A DNA stretch of 52,596 bases from Gammaproteobacteria bacterium (GTDB lineage: Bacteria > Pseudomonadota > Gammaproteobacteria > GCA-001735895): assembly GCA_041688005.1 (NCBI GenBank), contig JBDNJA010000036.1, positions 1 through 52,596 of the forward strand, given 5' to 3'. This document shows, piece by piece, positions 8,792 through 19,891 of this stretch (positions are counted from its first letter, which is position 1; each line of letters begins with the position of its first letter). The notes under the pieces were generated by a model. That model saw only the letters and a program-made list of their open reading frames with translations. It did not search any database and was not told where the DNA came from. Position numbers and translations under genes: made by a program.

Positions 8792-8952
8792 GGAGCCTGT
8801 CGGACTTAGGATTAATCTACTGCGGAAAAACCATTTTGGTCCGTTTTCCCGATCCAATTCGTTGAATAGAACGACTATTCGCCTCATTCGATCAAAAAAT
8901 CTGGTTCAAAATGACGTTCCCTCGCTACGATTATCTAAGCCCGACAGGCTCC
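8792..8952. mobile_element. MITE family B copy B1 (161 bp)
   Basis: 18-bp TIR GGAGCCTGTCGGACTTAG / CTAAGCCCGACAGGCTCC, TA duplication in a CTAG context on both sides. Relatives at 16819, 28970 and 34296. Confidence 0.85.
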
Positions 8953-9012
8953 TAGGAACCCTTAATTAGGTCGTCTTAATTAAGTATTATTAATTATTAA
9001 ACTTAAACAGTT

Positions 9013-10029
<1,017 letters not shown>

Positions 10030-10126
10030 CTATGTTTAAAAAATAATATGGCCAATGACTGCAATGACTAGTGTCAAAACTATTCATTGACCATTACTGC
10101 TCAAAAAAAGAAATCGAATGTTACGC

Positions 10127-12124
10127 CTATTCAGCTGTGACATTGTTAACAGCCTCGACAACTTTACTCACTGTAAAACCAAAGTAGGCGAAAAGCTCTT
10201 TTGCCGGTGCTGATTCACCAAAGGTATCGATACCAATGACAGCACCGTCAAGCCCAACGTACTTATACCAACCTTCAGTCACAGCCGCTTCAACCGCAAC
10301 ACGAGCCGTTACACCTGATGGCAACACTGATTGACGATACTCTTTGCTCTGGCGATCAAATAGGGCGGTGCATGGCATCGAAACAACCCGAATTTTCTTA
10401 TCCGCCAAGCCTTCTGATTTTGCAGCATCTATCGCCAATTCGATTTCGGAACCAGTCGCGATAATGATGGCGTCAGGCGTGCCTTCGCAGTCCTTTAATA
10501 TATAACCACCTTTTGATATCGCTGTAATTTGCTCCGCCGTTCGCTCTTGATGCGCCAGTCCCTGTCGTGAAAACACCAAACAGCTGGGTCCATCGCGATG
10601 TTCAATAGCCGCTTTCCAGCTTACCGCTGATTCAACTGCATCACAGGGACGCCAAACATTCATGCCTGGAATCATTCTTAGTGTCGGAATTTGCTCGACT
10701 GCTTGATGCGTTGGGCCATCTTCGCCGAGGCCAATAGAGTCATGGGTAAAAACGAAAATACTCTGGATTTTCATTAACGCGGCCATGCGCAAGGCGTTTC
10801 GAGCGTAGTCTGAAAACATCAAAAAAGTCGCACCGAAGGGAATCAGTCCGCCATGCAATACGATGCCGTTCATCATGGCCGCCATGCCAAACTCTCGAAC
10901 ACCATAATTGATGTAGTTAGATTCGGGCGATTCGGCGCGCATCGCTTTAAAACCTGACCATTCGGTTAAATTCGAACAGCCTAAATCGGCTGAGCCACCG
11001 AATAATTCTGGTAGCAACGAAGAGTAAGCTTCGATCGCTGCCAACGATGCTTGTCGGCTCGCTTTGGTTGCAGCCGCGGCATCCACTTCGGCAACGTAAG
11101 CGGTGGACAATTCTGCCCAATTTTCTGGCAGATCACCCTTTAGGCGTCGCTCAAGCTGAACTGCTAATTCAGGGTATTCGGCGCGATAGGCGACTAGTTT
11201 TTCGTTCCAGGCCAGCTCTTTCGCCTCGCCAGCTTCGCGATGGCTCCACTTCGCATAAACCGCTTCAGGTATGACGAAAGGTTCATGCTCCCAACCCAGT
11301 GCTTCACGGGTCAATGCAATTTCCTCATCACCCAATGGCGCGCCGTGACAACCAGCAGTGCCAGCTTTATTCGGCGAGCCATAACCGATGGTTGTTTTAC
11401 AACAGATAAGCGATGGTTTCGCCGTTACCGCGCGGGCGGCTTCTATTGCTATTTTAATAGCGTCGGCGTCATGACCATCAACTTCGATCACATGCCAGCC
11501 GTAAGCGTCGAAGCGACGCGGCGTATTATCTTCAAACCAGCCGTCAACAGGGCCATCGATAGAAATGCCGTTGTCATCCCAAAATGCAATGAGTTTACCA
11601 AGGCCTAAAGTGCCGGCGAGTGAACCCGCCTCATGCGAAATACCTTCCATCATGCAGCCATCACCCAGGAAGACATAGGTATTATGATTGACAACCTTGT
11701 GGCCATCACGATTAAATTCGGCCGCTAGCACTCGTTCAGTGATAGCCATGCCAACGCCATTAGCGATACCCTGCCCCAATGGGCCTGTAGTTGTTTCGAT
11801 GCCTGGCGTGTAGCCATATTCCGGGTGACCGGGTGTTTTTGAATGGAGTTGACGGAAGTTTTTTAAGTCGTCTATTGAAAGGTCGTAACCGGACAAGTGT
11901 AATAGTGAATAAGGCAGCATTGACCCATGTCCGTTAGACATGATAAATCTGTCTCGGTCTGGCCAACTGGGGTTTTTGGGGTTATGTTGTAAAAATTCGC
12001 TGTAGAGAACCTGTGCAATATCAGCCATGCCCATGGGGGCGCCGGGATGACCCGATTTGGCTTTTTGAACCGCGTCCATACTTAACGCTCTGACAGCATT
12101 AGCAAGCGTCTTGGGTGAAGGCAT
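10127..12124 (-). CDS. tkt: transketolase
   Basis: [17 protein letters not shown] (ThDP motif), GEDGPTHQ. Confidence 0.98.
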   Translation of the reverse strand: MPSPKTLANAVRALSMDAVQKAKSGHPGAPMGMADIAQVLYSEFLQHNPKNPSWPDRDRFIMSNGHGSMLPYSLLHLSGYDLSIDDLKNFRQLHSKTPGHPEYGYTPGIETTTGPLGQGIANGVGMAITERVLAAEFNRDGHKVVNHNTYVFLGDGCMMEGISHEAGSLAGTLGLGKLIAFWDDNGISIDGPVDGWFEDNTPRRFDAYGWHVIEVDGHDADAIKIAIEAARAVTAKPSLICCKTTIGYGSPNKAGTAGCHGAPLGDEEIALTREALGWEHEPFVIPEAVYAKWSHREAGEAKELAWNEKLVAYRAEYPELAVQLERRLKGDLPENWAELSTAYVAEVDAAAATKASRQASLAAIEAYSSLLPELFGGSADLGCSNLTEWSGFKAMRAESPESNYINYGVREFGMAAMMNGIVLHGGLIPFGATFLMFSDYARNALRMAALMKIQSIFVFTHDSIGLGEDGPTHQAVEQIPTLRMIPGMNVWRPCDAVESAVSWKAAIEHRDGPSCLVFSRQGLAHQERTAEQITAISKGGYILKDCEGTPDAIIIATGSEIELAIDAAKSEGLADKKIRVVSMPCTALFDRQSKEYRQSVLPSGVTARVAVEAAVTEGWYKYVGLDGAVIGIDTFGESAPAKELFAYFGFTVSKVVEAVNNVTAE

Positions 12125-12439
12125 AACTGGCTCCGAATAACGTAGCGACCGATAAGATTACATTTGAGGAAAACGTCTAGTAATGACACCTAAACTTTAT
12201 CGACCTGGTTACCTATTCGGACAGCCGCTTCGCTCTATCTCCACTAGCCCCGAATAAGGCGCGGTATTCTCTCGCAAATGACAATTTTGGGCAACTCAAA
12301 ATATCCTTTATCACCTTAATTGTCGTAAAAACGACATATGCATATATATTTATGAATTTATTGCTTAAACTGGTGATTTGCTATTTTGTTATCAACTGAC
12401 TTATATATAATCACCTTCTTTTTCGCCCGAGCAAAAATT

Positions 12440-13606
12440 ATGTCAAATGCTTACATTTTCACTTCCGAGTCGGTATCAGAAGGTCATCCAGATAAAGTGG
12501 CTGATCAGGTTTCTGATGCCATTCTAGACGCATTACTTGAGCAAGATCCACGTTCACGTGTTGCCTGTGAAACTTTAGTCAAAACTGGCATGGTGATGCT
12601 CGCCGGTGAAATCACCACATCGGCATGGGTCGACCTGGAAGCCCTGGTTCGCAAAACTGTTAATGATGTCGGTTATGACAATCCAGAATCCGGTTTTGAT
12701 GGCAATACTTGCGCTGTCCTCACCGGAATAGGCAAACAATCTGACGATATTGCAATGGGTGTCGACGAGTCAGACGACCATGAGCAGGGCGCTGGAGATC
12801 AGGGCCTTATGTTTGGTTACGCGAGTAACGAGACGGATGTTTTAATGCCAGCACCAATCACCTACGCACACCGATTGGTGAAACGTCAGGCAGAAGTGAG
12901 AAAATCAGGGGAACTCAACTGGTTACAACCAGACGCTAAAAGCCAAGTGACTTTTCGCTATGAAAATCACCGGCCAGTCGGTATCGAAGCGGTCGTTCTT
13001 TCGACCCAACACTCCGAAGATGTCAGCCTCTCAACGCTGCGCGAAGCCGTGATTGAAACCATTTTGAAACCCGTTCTACCCGAAGACTGGTTTTCACAAT
13101 GTAAGACTGAAAATATTCACGTCAATCCGACAGGACGCTTTGTTATCGGCGGGCCAGTCGGAGATGCTGGTTTAACCGGCCGTAAAATTATTGTTGATAC
13201 CTATGGTGGTATGGCGCGACATGGTGGCGGTGCCTTTTCGGGTAAAGACCCGTCAAAAGTCGACCGCTCGGCAGCCTATGCTGCACGTTATGTCGCCAAA
13301 AATATTGTCGCTGCTGGCATTGCCGATCGCTGTGAAATACAGGTGTCTTATGCAATTGGCGTTGCCGAACCCACATCAATCAGTATCGAGACATTTGGTA
13401 CTGGACGAATTGACGATGCTCGCATTATTCAGTTGGTTCGCAAGCATTTTGACCTGAGACCCAAAGGCTTAGTTGCGATGCTCGATTTGCTTCGCCCAAT
13501 TTACCTGCAGACAGCATCTTATGGCCATCTTGGCAGAGACGATATCGATTTGAGCTGGGAAAAAACTGACAAAGCAGAAGTGTTAAAATCAGATGCTGGT
13601 TTATAA
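12440..13606 (+). CDS. metK: S-adenosylmethionine synthetase
   Basis: [38 protein letters not shown] at 12440. Confidence 0.98.
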   Translation: MSNAYIFTSESVSEGHPDKVADQVSDAILDALLEQDPRSRVACETLVKTGMVMLAGEITTSAWVDLEALVRKTVNDVGYDNPESGFDGNTCAVLTGIGKQSDDIAMGVDESDDHEQGAGDQGLMFGYASNETDVLMPAPITYAHRLVKRQAEVRKSGELNWLQPDAKSQVTFRYENHRPVGIEAVVLSTQHSEDVSLSTLREAVIETILKPVLPEDWFSQCKTENIHVNPTGRFVIGGPVGDAGLTGRKIIVDTYGGMARHGGGAFSGKDPSKVDRSAAYAARYVAKNIVAAGIADRCEIQVSYAIGVAEPTSISIETFGTGRIDDARIIQLVRKHFDLRPKGLVAMLDLLRPIYLQTASYGHLGRDDIDLSWEKTDKAEVLKSDAGL

Positions 13607-13614
13607 TACGCACT

Positions 13615-13954
13615 AGAGTGTCTGTAAAAATAGTGATTTTTTCGTGATCTGTTTTTTGCTCCTCGACAATTGCTCCTGCATTGTTCTAATTAGTTACATC
13701 CCTGTAACGATGCACCAACAGTAGGCGCCCTGAGGCAAAACAGACATACATGCCATCCATGGCAATAAGTGCAAGGAGCCGGAGCGTAGCGGAGACAACA
13801 GCCAACGGCTGGCCCGTAGGGCAAGGGCGAAGCCCGAGTGCGCGGACGACTGCATGGAGTAATTGCCGAGAACCGCAGTGTACGATACTACATGAGGATT
13901 CGAGCACGGAGCAGACGCGGCTATCGCGGAAAATTACATTTTTAGAGATACTCT
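13615..13954. mobile_element. MITE family A copy A2 (340 bp, inverted relative to A1)
   Basis: Ends AGAGTGTCTGTAAAAAT / ATTTTTAGAGATACTCT, duplication CT/CT. Long stretches are near-identical to the reverse complement of A1. Confidence 0.9.
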
Positions 13955-13972
13955 CTAACTAGTTACCACCAC

Positions 13973-14041
13973 GGCCGAAATGAGGAGCGCTGCGACAGAC
14001 TATCTGCCAGGCTCATTCGGTTAATTTTTTAACGGCGCTCA
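13973..14041 (+). ncRNA. SAH riboswitch
   Basis: GAGGAGCGCTGCGAC...GCCAGGCTC...AACGGCGCTC: the conserved SAH aptamer core with GAGCGC/GCGCTC pseudoknot, directly upstream of ahcY. Confidence 0.92.
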
Positions 14042-14068
14042 TAAATAGATAACATGAAAGGTTTATTT

Positions 14069-15484
14069 ATGAACGCAAACGTAATCGATACAACACAGGA
14101 CTTTCACGTAGCAGACATCAGTCTTGCGCCATGGGGTCGTAAAGAAATCCGAATCGCTGAAACAGAAATGCCTGGTTTGGTTTCACTTCGCGAAAAGTAC
14201 GGTAAACAGCAACCATTGAAAGGCGCCCGCATCGCTGGCTCTTTGCACATGACCATCCAGACAGCCGTACTGATTGAAACGCTGACTGCTTTGGGTGCCG
14301 AAGTTCGTTGGGTTTCCTGTAATATTTTTTCTACTCAAGACCATGCGGCGGCGGCAATTGCCGAATCAGGTGTACCTGTCTTTGCTTTCAAAGGCGAAAC
14401 CCTGACAGAGTATTGGGACTTCACGCACCGTATGATGGATTGGCATGATGGTGGCACACCTAACATGATTCTCGACGATGGTGGCGATGCGACCATGCTG
14501 ATCATTCTTGGCAGCAAAGCCGAAAAAGACATCTCCGTTCTCGATAATCCAGGCAGTGAAGAAGAGACCGTTGTTTATGCGGCTATTCGCGAGAAGCTAT
14601 CAACCTCACCCGACTGGTATTCAAACATTCTGAAGAATATCCAGGGTGTCACCGAAGAAACAACAACAGGTGTTCATCGCCTGGTTCAAATGCAAGCTAA
14701 TGGCGAACTGCCTTTCCCTGCGATCAACGTTAACGACTCTGTCACTAAATCTAAATTTGATAACCTTTATGGTTGCCGTGAATCTTTGGTCGATGGTATC
14801 AAACGTGCAACCGACGTGATGATTGCCGGTAAAATTGCATTAGTGCTAGGCTATGGCGATGTTGGAAAAGGTTGTGCACAGTCTCTCAAAGGACTGGGTG
14901 CCACCGTATGGGTAACTGAGATAGACCCTATTTGTGCGCTACAGGCCGCGATGGAAGGTTTTCGAGTTGTAACCATGGACGAGGCTTGTAAAGAGGCCAA
15001 TATTTTTGTATCGACCACGGGCAACTTCAACGTTATTCGCCACGATCACATGGTGCAAATGAAAGATCAATCAATCGTCTGCAATATCGGCCACTTTGAC
15101 AATGAAATCGAAGTTGCGGCCATTAAAAAATACAAGTGGGAAAATATTAAGCCACAGGTCGATCATGTTATTTTCCCGAATGGCAACCGCATTATTCTAC
15201 TCGCCGAAGGCCGTCTGGTTAATTTGGGCTGCGGGACTGGACACCCGAGTTTCGTGATGTCTAATTCATTCACCAATCAAACTCTGGCGCAGATGGAGAT
15301 TTTCTGTAACCCTGGCAAGTATGGCAATGTAGTATTCACCTTGCCTAAGCGCCTGGACGAAGAAGTCGCTCGTCTGCATTTGGAAAAGGTTGGCGTCAAG
15401 TTAACTCAACTGACTGAAGACCAGGCCGGCTATATTGGCGTTAGTGTTAACGGCCCCTACAAGCCAGAGCATTACCGCTACTAA
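14069..15484 (+). CDS. ahcY: adenosylhomocysteinase
   Basis: [47 protein letters not shown] at 14069 has an AAGG RBS. Confidence 0.98.
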   Translation: MNANVIDTTQDFHVADISLAPWGRKEIRIAETEMPGLVSLREKYGKQQPLKGARIAGSLHMTIQTAVLIETLTALGAEVRWVSCNIFSTQDHAAAAIAESGVPVFAFKGETLTEYWDFTHRMMDWHDGGTPNMILDDGGDATMLIILGSKAEKDISVLDNPGSEEETVVYAAIREKLSTSPDWYSNILKNIQGVTEETTTGVHRLVQMQANGELPFPAINVNDSVTKSKFDNLYGCRESLVDGIKRATDVMIAGKIALVLGYGDVGKGCAQSLKGLGATVWVTEIDPICALQAAMEGFRVVTMDEACKEANIFVSTTGNFNVIRHDHMVQMKDQSIVCNIGHFDNEIEVAAIKKYKWENIKPQVDHVIFPNGNRIILLAEGRLVNLGCGTGHPSFVMSNSFTNQTLAQMEIFCNPGKYGNVVFTLPKRLDEEVARLHLEKVGVKLTQLTEDQAGYIGVSVNGPYKPEHYRY

Positions 15485-15516
15485 ACCACCACTCTTTACC
15501 ACCAATAGGATAAGCG

Positions 15517-16254
15517 ATGCGACTGTCTCGAATTTTTACTGAGCAGTCGCTCGCTGTTGGTTCAAAAATTCAGTTAGATACAGCGACTAGCCACTATGCA
15601 CGCAATGTGCTCCGGCTAAAATCAGATATGAACATTATTTTGTTCAATGGTTTGGATTGTTGCAACTACGAATCGAGATTATCTTTTGAAGGAAAAAAGA
15701 CCTTTGCTTCGATAACTTCTAAATCGGAGGGCAATACTGAATCAAGTTTGGATAGCGAAATCATTCAAGGTTTAAGTCGGAATGACCATCTCGACTGGAT
15801 GATTCAGAAAACGACTGAGCTAGGCGTAAAACGAATTTCAATATTCAACTCGAATCACAGTCAGATACCCGTTAAACCAAACCAACTCGAAAAGAAACAG
15901 CACCATTGGCGGGCTATTGCGATCAATGCTTGCGAACAAAGCGGGCGTCATATTCCACCAAAAATTGATTTTTTTAACAGCCTCCAGTCACTGCTCGAAG
16001 GTTCCTATCAGCGAGAAAATAAGTTCCTGTTGGATTTTCAAGGGCCTCGCCTTATCACTCTATTGCAACCTCAAACCAAAGTACCTCAAATTTCTATTAT
16101 GCTGGGTGCGGAAGGTGGATTATCTGCAACTGAAATAGGATTAGCGAATGCCGCTGGTTTTATATCAAGCCAAATCGGCACTCGAGTATTGCGTACCGAA
16201 ACAGCCGCAGTGACAGCACTTGCCATAGCTCAGTCTTGCTGGGGCGATATATAA
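15517..16254 (+). CDS. rsmE: 16S rRNA m3U1498 methyltransferase
   Basis: HYARNVLRL, QKTTELGV, ACEQSGR, GAEGG, RVLRTETA. Confidence 0.93.
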   Translation: MRLSRIFTEQSLAVGSKIQLDTATSHYARNVLRLKSDMNIILFNGLDCCNYESRLSFEGKKTFASITSKSEGNTESSLDSEIIQGLSRNDHLDWMIQKTTELGVKRISIFNSNHSQIPVKPNQLEKKQHHWRAIAINACEQSGRHIPPKIDFFNSLQSLLEGSYQRENKFLLDFQGPRLITLLQPQTKVPQISIMLGAEGGLSATEIGLANAAGFISSQIGTRVLRTETAAVTALAIAQSCWGDI

Positions 16255-16318
16255 AGGGTGCCCCTAAAGGGTCGACTTGAAAGAGAAATCGATGCGTTCG
16301 AGATTATGAAAGTGAAAC

Positions 16319-16804
16319 TTAGTGAGTTGCCTGCTCAATTTTTTCGTCAGAGATTTCTAGTTTTAAGTCTGAAATAATGGTGTCGAAATTAGGGATTGCT
16401 CGCGCTAAATGTTCTTCGCCGACATGCGACAGCAGATACTTCCCAAGCTTTGCATCTGAACGTGATTCCATTCTACCCGACTCCGCCAGGTAAGCACGCG
16501 GGATGTCTTGCATATGAATCCCTATATAAGGCAAACTTTCATCTTTATTGGGGTTATACAAAATAGCGATTCTAGCTCTCGACCCGGCTAACGCCCTATC
16601 GATCGAGCACATTTCTTCTACTGCGACGACAGGAACGAATACGCCCCGCCACAACACCACACCGCCAAACCAGTCGCTACTATCCGCTAGTTTTTTGGGT
16701 GCCGAATAACCAATAATTTCTGCAAGAGCCGATTTTGGCACAACGAGATTTATCGAGGTAAGCGGGAGAATCATGCAGCGTATTGAACCATTACCATCAA
16801 CCAT
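16319..16804 (-). CDS. chpC: CheW-like scaffold of the Pil-Chp chemosensory system (ChpC-like)
   Basis: IRCMILPL..NLVVPKSALAEI..WFGGVVLWRGVFVPVV is the ChpC/CheW pattern; it follows a ChpA-like C-terminus. Confidence 0.75.
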   Translation of the reverse strand: MVDGNGSIRCMILPLTSINLVVPKSALAEIIGYSAPKKLADSSDWFGGVVLWRGVFVPVVAVEEMCSIDRALAGSRARIAILYNPNKDESLPYIGIHMQDIPRAYLAESGRMESRSDAKLGKYLLSHVGEEHLARAIPNFDTIISDLKLEISDEKIEQATH

Positions 16805-16818
16805 GCTTCGCTTCCTCA

Positions 16819-16937
16819 GGAGTCTGTCGGACTTAGGTAATCGTAGTGAGGGAAAGTCATTTTGATCCCATTTTTTGATCGGGAAATCTGGCCAAAATAG
16901 CTTTTTCGCAGAAGATTCATCCTAGGTCCGACAGTCT
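16819..16937. mobile_element. MITE family B copy B2 (internally deleted, inverted relative to B1)
   Basis: GGAGTCTGTCGGACTTAG ... CTAGGTCCGACAGTCT. Aligns to the reverse complement of B1 with the central hairpin lost between GATCG repeats; overlaps the stop of the receiver gene. Confidence 0.8.
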
Positions 16938-17344
16938 AGTGCCTTTTGAATATTGCTTATGAGCTCATCTTCCTGATAAGGCTTATCCATATAATTCGCG
17001 ACACCAATTCCTAACGCGCGATTACGATGTTTTTCGCCCGTTCTTGAGGTAATCATAATAATGGGGATGTCTGAATAAACAGGCTCATTTTGCATATGGG
17101 TAGCCAGTTCGAATCCATCCATGCGAGGCATCATTATATCGACAAAAATGATGTCGGGCTTATAAACAGTGATTTTTGCTAATGCCTCGTAGCCATCGAC
17201 TGCCGTTACCAGGTCACAACCCACTTTTTTCAATAAGGTTTCTGCGCTTCGAGGAATCGCCTTACTATCATCAATCACCATAACCTCCACATTTGAAAAT
17301 GGCAGCTGTTTGGTATTTTCAGATTGATGTAACTCGTCGCTCAC
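16922..17344 (-). CDS. chimeric CheY-like receiver: PilG N-half fused to the ChpA C-terminal receiver half (probable deletion relic)
   Basis: N-half VMVIDDSKAIPRSAETLLKKVGC..DGYEALAKI..PDIIFVDIMMPR is PilG-like. C-half MDGFELATHM..IPIIMITSRTGEKHRNRAL..KPYQE is ChpA-like. The last codons and stop come from MITE B2. Confidence 0.8.
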   Translation of the reverse strand: MSDELHQSENTKQLPFSNVEVMVIDDSKAIPRSAETLLKKVGCDLVTAVDGYEALAKITVYKPDIIFVDIMMPRMDGFELATHMQNEPVYSDIPIIMITSRTGEKHRNRALGIGVANYMDKPYQEDELISNIQKALDCRT

Positions 17345-17642
17345 ACACGCCCCCAGAGGGCTGCTAATTGATTCCGGCTAATATTGTTTTTAATCAATTA
17401 TATGCAATTTCTCATGCAAAACCAGTGATTGATTCGAACGACATAATGTCATTTCTATCATTTGATTATTCTCACAAATTTCTTAAACCGCTGCTGTAGG
17501 GGCCAACTAATACTAGTCCAGCATTAGAAGCTTACTATTCTGCGTAATAGCAGCCAAAATTTAGGTCTGGCAACTAGATTTAGATGTGCTTTAAGGAGCG
17601 AAATTCAGTAGAATTAGGCCACACTAACCAGTTACTAACGCT

Positions 17643-18941
17643 ATGAGTGCACAAATTCTAACCACGGTCCCCCATCTTTTGACCGCCAACACCGGTCCAA
17701 TTGACAACGTTGAACAACAAATACTCGCTCATCAAGAGCAGATTGAGATTTGGTTACGAGAGCAGTTTAACGAAACGCCAGCACCATTTTATGGCTCAGT
17801 CGATTTAAGAAACGCAGGTTTTAAACTATCACCTGTCGACACCAATTTATTTCCTGCCGGGTTTAATAACTTAAATTCAGCATCCAAACCGCTTTGTATT
17901 CAGGCGATCCAAATCACATTATCGCGCTATTGCCCTGACGCTAAGAACTTACTCATCATCCCTGAAAGGCATACCCGAAACCTGTTCTACCTCGAGAGCG
18001 TTGCCACCCTAATTGAATATATTACGCTGGCAGGATATCACTGCTATCTCGGTAGCTTGAACCCAGACCTTGAAGAGCCTAATACGATCGAACTGCCATC
18101 AGGCAGATCAGTCACGCTCAGCCCTATCCAGCGCGTCGATGACGAGCTACAGGTTGAGGGTGTCTCGCCTTGCGCCATACTACTCAACAATGATTTATCA
18201 GGCGGGCGACCAACCATCCTCGAAAAGCTCAAGCAAACGGTCGTGCCACCCATGGATCTGGGCTGGTCAAATCGTTATAAGTCAGATCATTTCCATATTT
18301 ACAACGATGTCGCTGAAAGCTTTGCCAAACTCATCGATATCGACCCCTGGTTAATCAACCCACTGTTTCGTAATTGTGGCGCCATAGACTTCATGAAACG
18401 TGAAGGTGAAGACTGCCTGGCCGAGAACACTGAAAAACTACTCACCGCCATTCAGAAAAAGTATAACGAATACGGCATTACCGACAAGCCTTACATTGTC
18501 ATGAAGGCAGATCAAGGCACCTATGGAATGGGTGTTTTGATCGTCAACTCTGCCAAAGAAATTCGCTCACTTAACCGTAAGCAACGAACTAAAATGTCTT
18601 CCATAAAAGAAGGTGGCGATACATCAGAAGTAATACTGCAAGAAGGTGTACCGACATTAGAAACGGTTGGCGATGAAAAGCTCACCGCAGAGCCGGTGGT
18701 TTATATGATTGACCATTACGTCGTCGGAGGCTTTTACCGAATGCATTCGAAGAAGTCAGCCACTGGCATTCTCAACTCACCGGGCATGTCTTTTCAACCA
18801 CTGGCATTTGCCGACCCTTGCAACTCGCCTAATTTAGACGACGATTGCTATAGCGCACCCAATCGATTTTATGCCTATGGCATTATCGGCCGTCTAGCAT
18901 TACTCGCTGCGGCCAGAGAAATTGCCGAATCGAAAAAATGA
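17643..18941 (+). CDS. gshA: glutamate-cysteine ligase (ATP-grasp GshA type)
   Basis: PFYGSVDLRNAGFKLSPVDTNLFPAGFNNL, KADQGTYGMG, NRFYAYG. Overlaps gshB. Confidence 0.92.
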   Translation: MSAQILTTVPHLLTANTGPIDNVEQQILAHQEQIEIWLREQFNETPAPFYGSVDLRNAGFKLSPVDTNLFPAGFNNLNSASKPLCIQAIQITLSRYCPDAKNLLIIPERHTRNLFYLESVATLIEYITLAGYHCYLGSLNPDLEEPNTIELPSGRSVTLSPIQRVDDELQVEGVSPCAILLNNDLSGGRPTILEKLKQTVVPPMDLGWSNRYKSDHFHIYNDVAESFAKLIDIDPWLINPLFRNCGAIDFMKREGEDCLAENTEKLLTAIQKKYNEYGITDKPYIVMKADQGTYGMGVLIVNSAKEIRSLNRKQRTKMSSIKEGGDTSEVILQEGVPTLETVGDEKLTAEPVVYMIDHYVVGGFYRMHSKKSATGILNSPGMSFQPLAFADPCNSPNLDDDCYSAPNRFYAYGIIGRLALLAAAREIAESKK

Positions 18942-19891
18942 CTAAGCGACAGCTCGGTATGGTGATGGACCCGATCGAGCAAATTAAACCCTGGAAGGAC
19001 TCAAGCTTCGCGATGATGCTCGAAGCGCAAAGCCGTGGCTGGCTAATTTTCTATATGCGCATCGACGACTTGTATATGGAAAACAGCATCAGCTATGCCA
19101 ACTATCAAACAGTTGAAATCACCGACGACAACGACGCCTGGTTTCGGGTCACTGGCGAGGGTTGTTGCCGACTGGATTCACTCGACGCTATTTTTATGCG
19201 TAAAGACCCGCCGTTTGATCTCGAATACATTTATTGCACTTACCTGCTCGAACAAGCAGAAGAAAATGGCACCTTAGTCGTCAACAAACCGTCTAGCCTG
19301 CGCGATTGCAACGAAAAGCTCTATACCCGCTCGTTCCCCGAATGCTGTGTCGATTCTCGCGTAAGCCGCAACCCTGAACGATTACTCGAATTTATCGCAG
19401 AGCATCAGGACGTCATCATCAAACCACTAGATGGCATGGGCGGACAATCGATATTCCGAGTTCAGGCAGGAGATACCAATACCAACGTCATCCTCGAAAC
19501 AGTGACCCAGCGCGGCACGTCTCAAACCATGGCTCAGCGCTATATCCCCGAAATAACCGAAGGTGATAAACGCATACTAATGATCAATGGTGAGCCAGTG
19601 CCTTATGCCCTGGCCCGCTTACCAGCCAAAGGTGAGAACCGAGGCAATATCGCGGCCGGTGCCAGTACTCGCGGGCAACCGCTAAGCGACCGTGACCGTT
19701 GGTTGTGCCAACAAATTGGGCCGAAGCTGCGCGAAAAAGGGCTCATTTTCGTCGGCCTGGATGTTATCGGCGATTATGTCACCGAAATTAATGTCACCAG
19801 CCCCACCTGCATTCGCGAACTCGACGATGAGTTTAAACTTAATATCAGTGCCGATTTATTCAATTGTGTAGAGCAATTAATTCCCGCTTAA
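18938..19891 (+). CDS. gshB: glutathione synthetase
   Basis: VMDPI..KDSS, MRKDPPFD, KPLDGMGG, RGNIAAG, EINVTSPT. Confidence 0.97.
   Translation: MTKRQLGMVMDPIEQIKPWKDSSFAMMLEAQSRGWLIFYMRIDDLYMENSISYANYQTVEITDDNDAWFRVTGEGCCRLDSLDAIFMRKDPPFDLEYIYCTYLLEQAEENGTLVVNKPSSLRDCNEKLYTRSFPECCVDSRVSRNPERLLEFIAEHQDVIIKPLDGMGGQSIFRVQAGDTNTNVILETVTQRGTSQTMAQRYIPEITEGDKRILMINGEPVPYALARLPAKGENRGNIAAGASTRGQPLSDRDRWLCQQIGPKLREKGLIFVGLDVIGDYVTEINVTSPTCIRELDDEFKLNISADLFNCVEQLIPA

Noticed and set aside
8374-8952. Possible CRISPR array or dedicated CsrB/RsmY-type sRNA gene
   Set aside because: There is no regular repeat-spacer period. The GGA hairpins are few, lie on both strands and sit inside TIR-bounded dispersed elements.
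12125-12439. MetJ boxes or SAM riboswitch upstream of metK
   Set aside because: Only one partial box (AAACGTCT, ~12171), no tandem array, and no recognisable aptamer.
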